25,567 nt of DNA. Origin: Candidatus Scalinduaceae bacterium. Its GTDB lineage: Bacteria > Planctomycetota > Brocadiia > Brocadiales > Scalinduaceae. The position numbers were made by a program, and so were the translations under genes. Numbering within the stretch: position 1 is the stretch's first letter; every line of letters starts with the position of its first letter. This document shows, one piece after another, positions 1-9,100 of this stretch. The notes below the pieces were generated by a model. It saw only the letters and a program-made list of their open reading frames with translations, searched no databases and was not told the origin of the DNA. The stretch is from positions 1-25,567 of the forward strand of contig JBHICG010000048.1 of NCBI GenBank assembly GCA_046759445.1, read 5' to 3'.

Positions 1-2
1 CG

Positions 3-695
3 GAGGAGAAGGGGGGTGATGTGGCAGGGCAATTAGTAGTGGTGGATAGAGATCATGATACAGGCAAGCAAATCAAAATTGACTGCACTAAATTTGGTTC
101 GGGAGCATATTCAATCCCAATTTCGGTTGAACATCTAAGATTCGAAACGAAAGCGAAGTTTATATTAGTAATAGAGACTGCCGGAATGTTCCAGAGACTT
201 GTAAAACACAATTACTGGAAGAAGACAAATTGCATATTGATTTCCATGGGAGGTGTGCCAACCAGAGCTTGTAGAAGATTCATAAGGCGCTTATCAGAAG
301 ACAAAAAGATTCCCGTATATGTTTTTGTGGATGGAGATCCTTATGGTATCTGTAATATATACAGAACCTTAAAAGTAGGCTCAGGAAACGCTGCGCATAT
401 AAATCAATACTTCTGTGTGCCCAACGCACGATACCTGGGTATAACACCACAGGATATAATTGATTATAAACTCCCCACTCACCCATTAAAAGAGGTTGAC
501 GTAAAAAGAGCGAAAGACGCCTTAAAGAATGATCCGTTTTTTAAACAGCATAAGAAATGGCAAGATGCAATTAGTAAACTAGTGGAAATGGGGGTAAGGG
601 CAGAGCAACAGGCCCTGGCAAAGCATGGACTAAACTACGTGATAGAAAAATATCTGCCCCAAAAATTAAAAAATCCTGAGATTTTTTTGCCCTAG
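3..695 (+). CDS. top6A: DNA topoisomerase VI subunit A (Spo11-like), 5'-truncated by the window edge
   Basis: Frame is open from base 3 (EEKGGDVAG...). TOPRIM motifs LVIETAGMF and VFVDGDPYG, plus GGVPTRACRRF and C-terminal RAEQQAL, are typical of Top6A. Confidence 0.92.
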   Translation, partial: EEKGGDVAGQLVVVDRDHDTGKQIKIDCTKFGSGAYSIPISVEHLRFETKAKFILVIETAGMFQRLVKHNYWKKTNCILISMGGVPTRACRRFIRRLSEDKKIPVYVFVDGDPYGICNIYRTLKVGSGNAAHINQYFCVPNARYLGITPQDIIDYKLPTHPLKEVDVKRAKDALKNDPFFKQHKKWQDAISKLVEMGVRAEQQALAKHGLNYVIEKYLPQKLKNPEIFLP

Positions 696-804
696 TAATA
701 TTTTTGGCATAAAGAAGACAGATACCTTCCCGGTCTTATTCTGTTAGGAAATACCCCTTGTCTTGACATAAAACAGCGATGAACAACGATTGAAATGAAA
801 TAAT

Positions 805-1038
805 TTATCTTGCAACTTTGTATGCGATCAGATTTACTACTTCAATCTGATACGTCTTATTAATATCCTGACATCCTATCGCCGCACGTGTCGGAGAACA
901 CTTAATAAACTTCCCGTAGACTTCATTCATCTGCCCCCAATAATCAATGTTCTTCATGAAGATAATGGCATTAACGATCCTATCCATGTTAGTTCCGGTT
1001 TTTTTTATTGCATTTTTTATGTTTTCAAATACTAACTT
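805..1038 (-). pseudogene. RidA/YjgF family protein, C-terminal fragment
   Basis: Frame reads KLVFENIKNAIKKTGTNMDRIVNAIIFMKNIDYWGQMNEVYGKFI..PTRAAI..IEV, the RidA C-terminal two-thirds. Upstream it runs into the palindromic element and stops at 1081-1083 with no ATG. Confidence 0.7.
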
Positions 1039-1060
1039 AGAAGTTATAAAAAAATAATAC

Positions 1061-1218
1061 CTAAATTGAGCGATTTTATATTATATATTACTGTAGCCGC
1101 AGGCCTAAGGCAATCTTAAGATTGACCGCCTGTGTTTCTCATCACCTGATGGGTATATGAAGATTTCACGTAAGTTACGCAACCTAAAGGTTGCGGCTAC
1201 ATAAATCGCTCAATTTAG
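1061..1218. mobile_element. Nested palindromic MITE/REP-like element
   Basis: Perfect 16-bp outer IR CTAAATTGAGCGATTT (1061-1076 / 1203-1218). Inner IR TGTAGCCGCA (1092-1101 / 1192-1201). Hairpin CGCAACCT-AA-AGGTTGCG (1178-1195). Confidence 0.7.
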
Positions 1219-1579
1219 ATAATAACAATGTTTTTTTACAGGTTTCCTCTTGGTCTTTGTATTAGTCTCTTTAATATTTTGTACTCATCTTCTTCTCTCT
1301 TAATAGAAAATTTAATGAATCATTTTCCCATTTTACATCTTCCATTATTATCCTCTTATGAATCTCATATATTTAGCAGAGATATAAACATAATTTGTTT
1401 AGTGTTCAAGTATGTCAAGTGATTAGTGACATGTGTGTTAGTATCGCAATATTGATACCTATAAAGAAACGTTTACAGATAACAAGTTGTTATTTATGCA
1501 TATACTTCGCATTAACAGCATCTTACAACCATTAGGTAAAATCTTAGAATAATCACCTTATCTTACAATATCCAAATAT

Positions 1580-1596
1580 TGCGAAATAATTTCGCA
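1580..1596. promoter_or_regulatory. Putative sigma54-activator (NtrC-family) binding site
   Basis: Palindrome TGCGAAA-TAA-TTTCGCA with TGC-N11-GCA geometry, about 120 bp upstream of the -24 box. Confidence 0.55.
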
Positions 1597-1712
1597 TTAT
1601 TTAATATAAAAGTATCGAATAAATTCGTTTTTATTTATACTATAAGCTATAATATTTTATTATTTTAAAGCTTATGTTTTATCGTAAGCTCTTGTCCAAG
1701 AAAATAAATTAT

Positions 1713-1727
1713 TGGTATGAATATTGC
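1713..1727 (+). promoter_or_regulatory. Sigma54 (-24/-12) promoter of glutamine synthetase
   Basis: TGGTAT-GAATA-TTGC, with GG at 1714-1715 and GC at 1726-1727 separated by exactly 10 nt. Confidence 0.7.
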
Positions 1728-1804
1728 GCTATAAGAGTTTATTGCAAAAAAAAAGCTTTTTAGGTACTTTGATATTGTATTTATTTATCTAAGGAGAATG
1801 CAAA

Positions 1805-3901
1805 ATGGATGTTACAAAAATTTTTGGGTCGAATGTATTTAATGATGATGTTATGAAAAAAAGGCTACCAAGGGATACCTATAAATTGCTCAAGGAAACG
1901 ATTGACAAAGAAACTCCTTTGCCAGTGGAGGTTGCAGATGTTGTAGCAAGTGTTATGAAAGACTGGGCAATTGAAAAAGGTGCAACACATTATACCCATT
2001 GGTTTCAACCATTGACGGGGAGTACGGCAGAGAAACATGATTCTTTTATTTCACCGACAGCGCAAGGTGGAGTAGTTATGGAATTTTCTGGCAAACAGCT
2101 TAATAAAGGTGAACCTGATGCATCAAGTCTTCCGAGTGGAGGACTCAGGGCCACCTTTGAAGCACGTGGGTATACGGCATGGGATTGTACGTCCCCTGCA
2201 TTTTTGAAGGAAGACGGGGCTGGAGGTGTTACACTTTGTATTCCAACAGCGTTTTGTTCATATACGAGTGAGGCATTGGATAAAAAAACACCTGTATTAC
2301 GTTCGATGTCCGCCGTTTCAAAACAAGCGCTTCGAGTTTTACGCACGCTGGGGAATAAGACGTCTAAGAAAGTGACTTCAACTGTTGGCGCTGAACAAGA
2401 GTATTTTTTAGTAGATAAGAAATTCTTTGCTGAAAGATTAGACTTAATAGTTGCAGGTCGAACGCTTTTTGGCGCACCGGCGCCAAAAGGACAAGAGATG
2501 GAGGATCACTATTTTGGACAGATTAAAGACCGTATTGCCGCTTTTATGAAGGATCTGGATAAAGAATTATGGAAGATGGGGATTGCTGCCACAACAAAAC
2601 ATAATGAGGTGGCGCCATCACAATTTGAGATGGCCCCACTCTTTACAACAACAAACATAGCGGCAGATCATAATCAGCTCGTTATGGAGACGTTACAGAA
2701 AGTTGCTCTCAGACATGATCTTGTCTGTCTTTTACATGAAAAACCATATGCAGGGATAAATGGCTCTGGAAAACATTTGAACTGGTCATTGAGTACTGAT
2801 GATGGTATGAATTTACTTGACCCGGGTATGACACCCCATGACAATGCGCAGTTTTTACTTTTTATTAGTGCCCTTATAATGACCGTTGACCGTCATGCTG
2901 ATATACTGAGAAGATCTGCGGCAAATTCAGGCAATGATCACCGTCTTGGCGCAAATGAAGCGCCACCGGCAATTATTTCGATTTTTATGGGTGATGAATT
3001 GACAGTTATTCTGGAGGCTATTGCGAGGGGAAAGAAGGCAACTTCAAAAGGTTCTAGTTCTATTGAGATAGGAGTAGATACTTTGCCACCGCTTCCAAAA
3101 GATAACAGTGACAGAAACCGAACTTCGCCATTTGCTTTTACGGGTAATAAATTTGAGTTTCGTATGGTAGCCTCATCAGCTTCAATTTCAGGACCTAGTG
3201 TTGTTTTGAATACTATTGTTGCAGAAGCCCTTGATTTGATTGCAACCAGACTTGAGAAGGCAAAGGATATTAACAAAGAGACAACGGCCATTATAAGAGA
3301 TACTATGAAATCTCATAGGAGAATCATCTTCAATGGTAACAACTATTCGGATGAATGGGTTAAAGAAGCGAAGAAACGAGGGTTGGCAAATATTCGTTCC
3401 ACCGTGGAAGCGCTTAAAACTTTTACAGACAAGAAATCGGTTAATTTGTTTAAAAAGTATAAGGTGCTTTCAAAAGTAGAATTACATGCACGGTATGAAA
3501 TTTATCTTGAGCAATATATAAAGCAGATTAACATTGAAGCAAAGGCGTCACTTGATATGGTGAAAAGTTTATATATTCCGGCAGTTATACCATTTATAAA
3601 AGAGCTTGCAGAGACGATAGAAATATTGGAAACAGTGAGTGGGCCTGCGGATGTTCAAAAAGAACTGCTTGTAAAAGTATCGGCTCTTTTAGAATCAGCA
3701 TATCGCAATACTGAGAAACTTGAGACCGAGCTGGAGAAAGTACACAAGATTGCTGATAGCGCTAAACGCGCCGCCGCATGTCGTGATAAAGTATTTGTTA
3801 CAATGAATGATTTACGGGAAGACATTGATACGTTGGAAACAATTGTTCCTCGTAAATTATGGCCAGTTCCAACGTATGCTGATCTCTTGTTTAAATTGTA
3901 A
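1805..3901 (+). CDS. glnA: Glutamine synthetase type III
   Basis: 698 aa. Motifs [96 protein letters not shown] at 1791-1796. Confidence 0.96.
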   Translation: MDVTKIFGSNVFNDDVMKKRLPRDTYKLLKETIDKETPLPVEVADVVASVMKDWAIEKGATHYTHWFQPLTGSTAEKHDSFISPTAQGGVVMEFSGKQLNKGEPDASSLPSGGLRATFEARGYTAWDCTSPAFLKEDGAGGVTLCIPTAFCSYTSEALDKKTPVLRSMSAVSKQALRVLRTLGNKTSKKVTSTVGAEQEYFLVDKKFFAERLDLIVAGRTLFGAPAPKGQEMEDHYFGQIKDRIAAFMKDLDKELWKMGIAATTKHNEVAPSQFEMAPLFTTTNIAADHNQLVMETLQKVALRHDLVCLLHEKPYAGINGSGKHLNWSLSTDDGMNLLDPGMTPHDNAQFLLFISALIMTVDRHADILRRSAANSGNDHRLGANEAPPAIISIFMGDELTVILEAIARGKKATSKGSSSIEIGVDTLPPLPKDNSDRNRTSPFAFTGNKFEFRMVASSASISGPSVVLNTIVAEALDLIATRLEKAKDINKETTAIIRDTMKSHRRIIFNGNNYSDEWVKEAKKRGLANIRSTVEALKTFTDKKSVNLFKKYKVLSKVELHARYEIYLEQYIKQINIEAKASLDMVKSLYIPAVIPFIKELAETIEILETVSGPADVQKELLVKVSALLESAYRNTEKLETELEKVHKIADSAKRAAACRDKVFVTMNDLREDIDTLETIVPRKLWPVPTYADLLFKL

Positions 3902-4034
3902 GGAATTGCACATATCAAGCTTAATTAGTATCTGTTGAGGAAAGCTTAAATACCCAAAAATGTCATTGGTAATTCCGTAACAGCAGAATTGCTTAGGTGA
4001 CAAATCTGAAAATGTCATAACCTCTCCTTTTTCC

Positions 4035-4063
4035 TTGACTTAAATAATATGTAGCTTTATTAT
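4035..4063 (+). promoter_or_regulatory. Putative sigma70 promoter facing the gene cassette (Pc-like position)
   Basis: TTGACT-N17-TATTAT about 200 bp upstream of the cassette boundary. The context is AT-rich, so chance is possible. Confidence 0.4.
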
Positions 4064-4259
4064 TACACTCCATTCAATTCAAACACCATAAAAACTATAC
4101 TACAACTTTTGACGTGGATATACTAACATAATTCAGACGTTTACGTATACGGGAGCGTAAATACCTGAACTTCCTTGCTGTCTCACCATAAAGTAGCAAT
4201 CTGGACTTACTGGATATCATTACAATAGTGGTATTATTCAGAAACTATATACTAACTTG

Positions 4260-4849
4260 TTAGTCGCAGTAAAATATATGATTGATCGACCTTCTAGAAA
4301 TACAATGGCAGAAAATCTACGTCATTATGTAAGTGGTAGAATTACAAATGATGATTTAGCTGACAGCAACATACGATTTGAAGACAGAGGGGTAAAAGCT
4401 GTCTATGATATGGCATGGCAATTATATGACGACCTATATCAACATAAAGCTACGGGAAGACATCGAATTGAAGGAGAGTTGCGAGACTATGTAGCCCGTT
4501 GGGTTTGTTTCCTACATACCGATTTAGAATATCAATGGCCTAAATATAATTTTATCCAAATCAAAAATCTACCATTGAATATTTTGACACTCGGATGGTG
4601 GGAAAAACGTAAGCAAAAAAAGTGGGACGAGTTTGAAACACATGGTGATTTTAAATATTGGCCTTTTATAAGTCACCAAGATTATCAGAGCGCTCTCGAA
4701 AATCCTAAATTATTAAGTAAAGAGAGCGACTAACAAGTAAATTGAGCGTACTGAAACCCCACGCATTTTGTGTTTCAAGAAACCTTTTGATGGAATCAAA
4801 CATTTAAATCAAAATTTCGTATTGGGGTTTCAGACGCTCATTTCTGTCG
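4260..4849 (+). mobile_element. Integron gene cassette (single ORF plus attC)
   Basis: Starts at G|TTAGTCGC (4259-4267), the exact reverse complement of GCGACTAAC (4726-4734) that contains the ORF stop. Ends at G|TTGGGC (4849). Confidence 0.85.
4278..4733 (+). CDS. Hypothetical protein (cassette-borne, Trp-rich, 151 aa)
   Basis: ORF-track TTG start at 4257 straddles the recombination point, so ATG 4278 is preferred. The stop codon lies inside the attC R'' box. No family recognised. Confidence 0.75.
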   Translation: MIDRPSRNTMAENLRHYVSGRITNDDLADSNIRFEDRGVKAVYDMAWQLYDDLYQHKATGRHRIEGELRDYVARWVCFLHTDLEYQWPKYNFIQIKNLPLNILTLGWWEKRKQKKWDEFETHGDFKYWPFISHQDYQSALENPKLLSKESD

Positions 4850-4855
4850 TTGGGC
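4728..4855 (+). other. attC recombination site (128 bp)
   Basis: R'' GACTAAC, 5-nt spacer, left arm AATTGAGCGTACTGAAACCCCA; right arm TGGGGTTTCAGACGCTCATT, 6-nt spacer, R' GTTGGGC. The arms pair with two extrahelical bases. Confidence 0.88.
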
Positions 4856-4955
4856 TGATACAACGCGCTGAAAGCAATGTTCGACATAGATTCGGCGGGA
4901 AAATTGTACTTTCATATATGTAGTGCCATCAGGAGCTTCTCAAACCAAAAGGAGA

Positions 4956-5066
4956 GAATTAGAATTAGGAATTAGTAGGAATTAGGGTCAGACCTTGAAT
5001 GTGGAATATGCTTGACAAACAAAGAAATAGAATGAGTTGTTTATTCTGCTTTCAAGGTCTGACTCC
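4956..5066. repeat. GAATTA(G) x4 short repeats followed by a REP-like inverted repeat
   Basis: GAATTA(G) at 4956, 4962, 4969 and 4979. Perfect 13-bp IR GTCAGACCTTGAA (4987-4999) / TTCAAGGTCTGAC (5051-5063). Confidence 0.7.
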
Positions 5067-5214
5067 AGCTTCACCCTGCGTAATCAGGGGGAAAATGGTT
5101 TTTGGGGATAGTACCAAACACAAACCTTAAACAACATTTTCGGTACGATAATTGGTATAATAAAGTAAGAAGGAAATTTATAAAAGTTAGTTAATTAGGA
5201 AAAGAAGTGTCAAA

Positions 5215-5427
5215 GTGAAAATAAGTGAAAAAATAAAACTCGTAAATGTTTTAAACGAATTAGTAAGGGGAGGAGAACTTGTAATTTCTGATTCCAAAAC
5301 GGAAGAATTGCTTTCTGGTGAAGATATTAGGATAGTTTGCATGAAAGGAGATGTAATTCATATATATCTTTCTGAGTCTATCTCTGTAAGAAGAGAAAAA
5401 AAAGAAAAGTTGGGAAACGCTAGTTAA
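5215..5427 (+). CDS. Small hypothetical protein (70 aa)
   Basis: GTG start after a purine-rich stretch, an upstream extended -10 TGGTATAAT (5153-5161) and protein-like composition. Confidence 0.5.
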   Translation: MKISEKIKLVNVLNELVRGGELVISDSKTEELLSGEDIRIVCMKGDVIHIYLSESISVRREKKEKLGNAS

Positions 5428-5596
5428 AACGTCAACTGATTCTCTGTAGGAGGTAGTTTTATAGGGCTTTAGCAACTTAAACAGGGTTGAGTGTATTTAG
5501 GTATGGCGGAGAAGATACGAAGGTCGAAATAACGCTTATTTTGGTATAATATAGTGAGTTAGACTCAATATCTAAACTTAGAAAGGAAGGCTAAAG

Positions 5597-5944
5597 ATGT
5601 GGAAAAATATAACCTGTGGATCGCTTAAAGGAATGATGGACAAAAATGAAGATTTTATCCTTGTTAATGTATTAAGTCCAGCAAGTTACGAGGAAGAACA
5701 TATCCCGGGATCCATTAACATACCGCTTGAAGATATTGAAAAGAAGGCAAAAAAACTCCTGAAAAAGGATAAAACGATTGTTGTCTACTGTGGCAGTTTT
5801 CGATGTACTATGAGCTCACAAGCAGCAGAGATACTAACAAAGCTCGGTTATAAAGATGTTTATGATTTTGAAGGTGGACTACAATTCTGGAAAGACTTTG
5901 GATTTCCAATAGAGAGTTCTAAACATGTCGAGGCAGTATGTTAA
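5597..5944 (+). CDS. Rhodanese-like domain protein
   Basis: Motifs ILVNVL..SYEEEHIPGSINIPL, active-site loop VVYCGSFRC and GYKDVYDFEGGLQFW. RBS AAGGAAGG. Confidence 0.92.
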   Translation: MWKNITCGSLKGMMDKNEDFILVNVLSPASYEEEHIPGSINIPLEDIEKKAKKLLKKDKTIVVYCGSFRCTMSSQAAEILTKLGYKDVYDFEGGLQFWKDFGFPIESSKHVEAVC

Positions 5945-6002
5945 CATCCTCGTAGTTAGTACTTAATTTCTGTCTAGAGGAGGTAGTTTATTATATACCA
6001 TT

Positions 6003-6039
6003 AGGTAAGTAGGAAGAATTTTCTATTCCTACTATACCT
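6003..6039. terminator. Hairpin between convergent genes, possible terminator
   Basis: AGGTA-AGTAGGAA ... TTCCTACT-A-TACCT. No clear U-tract. Confidence 0.4.
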
Positions 6040-6137
6040 TACATCGGCTTTTCATGACGGACATGTATAATTTGGTGTGTGATGGATAGGAACGATACAG
6101 AATAAAAATGATGATGGTCAAACACAAAACTTGTGGG

Positions 6138-9100
6138 CTATGCAATTGCAAATAGTTTCTTCATCCATCTTCCGAAATCATCTATTAGTGAATAGATTGT
6201 AGGCATAATTACGAGCGTTAATATTGTAGATGTAACCAGTCCGGAGATTACGACCAGTCCTACGGGAGCCCAAATCTTCTCTCTACCCTCAAATGGACCA
6301 TATAATACAGGGATTATGAGTGGGAGTACCATTGGCAAGAGACCCAAAATTGTCGTAAAGGACGTCATCAGTATTGGTCTAAGTCTATCTCTTCCACCCT
6401 TGATAATTGCGTTATATCTATCCATCCCCCCCCTTCTCAGACGGTTGATGTAATCAATAAGAACGATTGCATTATTCACGACTAAACCGCATAAAAGCAG
6501 CAGTCCCAGGCGGGAAAGGCTATCGAGGGGTATATCTGCCAGATAAAAGACAATCGCAACACCCGTAAATGCAAATGGGATAGTCAGCAAAATTGTCAAT
6601 GGATGAACGTATGACTCAAATAATGACGCCATTATCAGATAGATCAATATTACAGCAAGTATCAATCCAAACCTTGTCTCTGCTTCTTCACGTTCGTACC
6701 TCCTGACTTCCTCGCCCATATTCCACATATAACCGGCAGGCAGATTAAAGTCTGCCATCTTCTCCATTATACTTTCTTTAATCTTTTCAAGACCTTTCTT
6801 TTTATACCTTGCAGTAACCTTAACGATTGTTCTACGGTCTTTTCTTTCAATTACCCTGGGACCTCTCCTTATCTCATAATCAACCACCCTTCCCAATACC
6901 ACACCCTCTCCTTCTAAATTTTCAAACTCAAGGTTTTTTAACTGTTCCAGACGTTGGCGGTCTTCCTCTTTAAGCTGTAAATTTATATCAATTTCCTTAT
7001 CTTCCAACTTAAATTTACTTACTGCCCTACTACCTAATGAACCTGAAATACCGTAAGCAATTCTCTGTGACGTTAACCCATATTTCCTGGCCTTTTCTCT
7101 ATCGATGGATACAACTATTTCATCCTTACCTTCTTCCAGATTAGTATCAACATCATACAAATCAGGAATAGCAGCAAGCTTTGCCTTTATTTCATCAGCC
7201 AGCCTGGTTAGTGTGTCAATATTTCTGCCATTTATTTCAATGCTGATGCTTTTACCACCGTGATAGTCCCTACTCCCCCTCCTGTATTTAACCCCCGGAA
7301 GGATTGGAAAGGCAGATGTTATCTCCTCAGACAAAATATCTACACTACGTTTTGCCTCATCCTGTCGTACAAAATATATTGCCAGTGAACCACCACTTCT
7401 ATCGAAGTTACTGGAAATAGTTGCAATCTCCAACTCATCTTTCTTTTCCTGAAGAATACCCTCTAATCTCTCGAAAAGCATTTCTGTATCATCTATGGAA
7501 TAGCTCCTTGGAATATTTATTGCTAAATGAATTTCTCTATAAATGCCTCGTCTGGCAACTTCCTTTTCCAGTCGTCCATATAAATGGTAAGACAGAGCAA
7601 TGATTAAAACTGTAATTCCAACAGCAATCCACCTGAATCTTAACGTTAACTGAATAAATTTTATGTAAAGGCCGGTTAAGTGGTTTATTAGAAATGATTT
7701 TCTAATAGTTTTATCATCATTTTTCGACGCATATGGTCCGGAAAATATCAGAAATCTTGATGCAAATAATGGTATTAAGGTCAAGGCTACAAATAGTGAT
7801 GAAATCAACGCCGAACATATCGATATGCCAAAGTCATGCATAAAGATGCCCATTCTGGTTTTGGAAAGGAACATCAATGGTATGAAGACACATATTGTTG
7901 TAGCCGTTGCCGCTATAATAGCTATACCAACTTCACTACTGCCAATAATGGCAGCCTCCTTCGATCCTATATTTCTTTCCTGTTTATGCCTAAAGATATT
8001 TTCAAGAACTACAATGGCAGGGTCTACTATCATTCCTATCGCCAGCATCAATCCTGAAAGTGATATAACGTTAAGGGTTACATTTGAGCCAAAAAATTTC
8101 CTCAATAGAAACATTAAACCAAACGTACACAATACTGAAATTGGGATTGCTGCTGTTACAACCAGCGTGCTTCTTACATTCCTTAGAAAGAAGAATAGGA
8201 TAAATAAAACAAGCACACCACCAAAGAACCCTGCCTTCCTCAAATTCCTTAATCTTTCGAGTATGGGTTGCGATCTGTCACGATATACATAAATATCTAA
8301 CCTCTCCATTTTTGGGTCTGCCCTGATCTTATTGATAACATTTACAGCTTCCCTTGCAACAGATACCATATTTGCATCAGAAGACTTCATTACCTCTACT
8401 TTCACAGCATTTTTACCATTGAGTCTCTGATAACTTTTTTTTGTGGGAAAGTCGTATCTAACATCTGCCACGTCATAAAGTCTTAATCCCTTTTCATTAA
8501 CGGTCAGATTGGCTACCTCTTGAACGTTTTGAAACTCACCTATTGCACGAACTAAGTATTTAGTTGATCCTTCTATTATGTTACCCGCCGATACATTTAT
8601 GTTATTTGCTTGCAGATGTTTCCTTAAAGCATATGTATCCAGGTTATAAGCCTTGAGCCTCTCGAGATCCAGTTCCACAAATAATTGTTTTCGTTTAAGA
8701 CCAAGAATATTTACATTTGCAACACCATTTATCCTTTGAAGCTTGGGCTTAAGGACATTTTCAATAATATCGTAGAGTTCACTAATCTCGCCTCGTTTAG
8801 ATACGCTAAATTCCACAACTGGCAAATCACCGGACTGGAACCTGTATATACGTATCTTTTCTATATCTTCCGGCAGTTTATTCCTTACCTGCTCAAGCTT
8901 ATCTCTCACTTCCAACGTAGCAATATCCATGTTTGTGCCCATCTTAAATTCCAAAGTTACCCATGAACCATCGTCAAGCGAGGCAGCTCCGATTGTCTCA
9001 ACATGCTTTACTGTTCCAAGGGCATCTTCTACATGTAAGGTAATTAAATCCTCAACCTCTTGAGGCGAAGAAGATTTATATGGTACATGCACTCTTAGGA

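Noticed and set aside
1228..1422. 64-aa plus-strand ORF
   Set aside because: No RBS and low-complexity AT-rich translation.
2005..3918. Minus-strand ORFs 2005-2346, 2938-3291 and 3655-3918
   Set aside because: Antisense to the well-supported glutamine synthetase gene.
4121..4180. Second attC upstream of the cassette (TACTAAC plus TTCAG/CTGAA and TTTACG/CGTAAA stems)
   Set aside because: No GTTRRRY box at the expected distance after the right arm; at best a degenerate relic.
4956..4985. GAATTAG repeats as a CRISPR array
   Set aside because: Units are 6-7 bp without unique spacers. No CRISPR array or cas gene was seen in the window.
5012..5033. TTGACA...TAGAAT promoter inside the inverted repeat
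   Set aside because: The spacer is only 10 nt.
5215..5944. 70-aa ORF plus rhodanese as Ubl sulfur-carrier partners of the JAB protein
   Set aside because: The small protein lacks a C-terminal GG, and the genes are about 9 kb away on the opposite strand.
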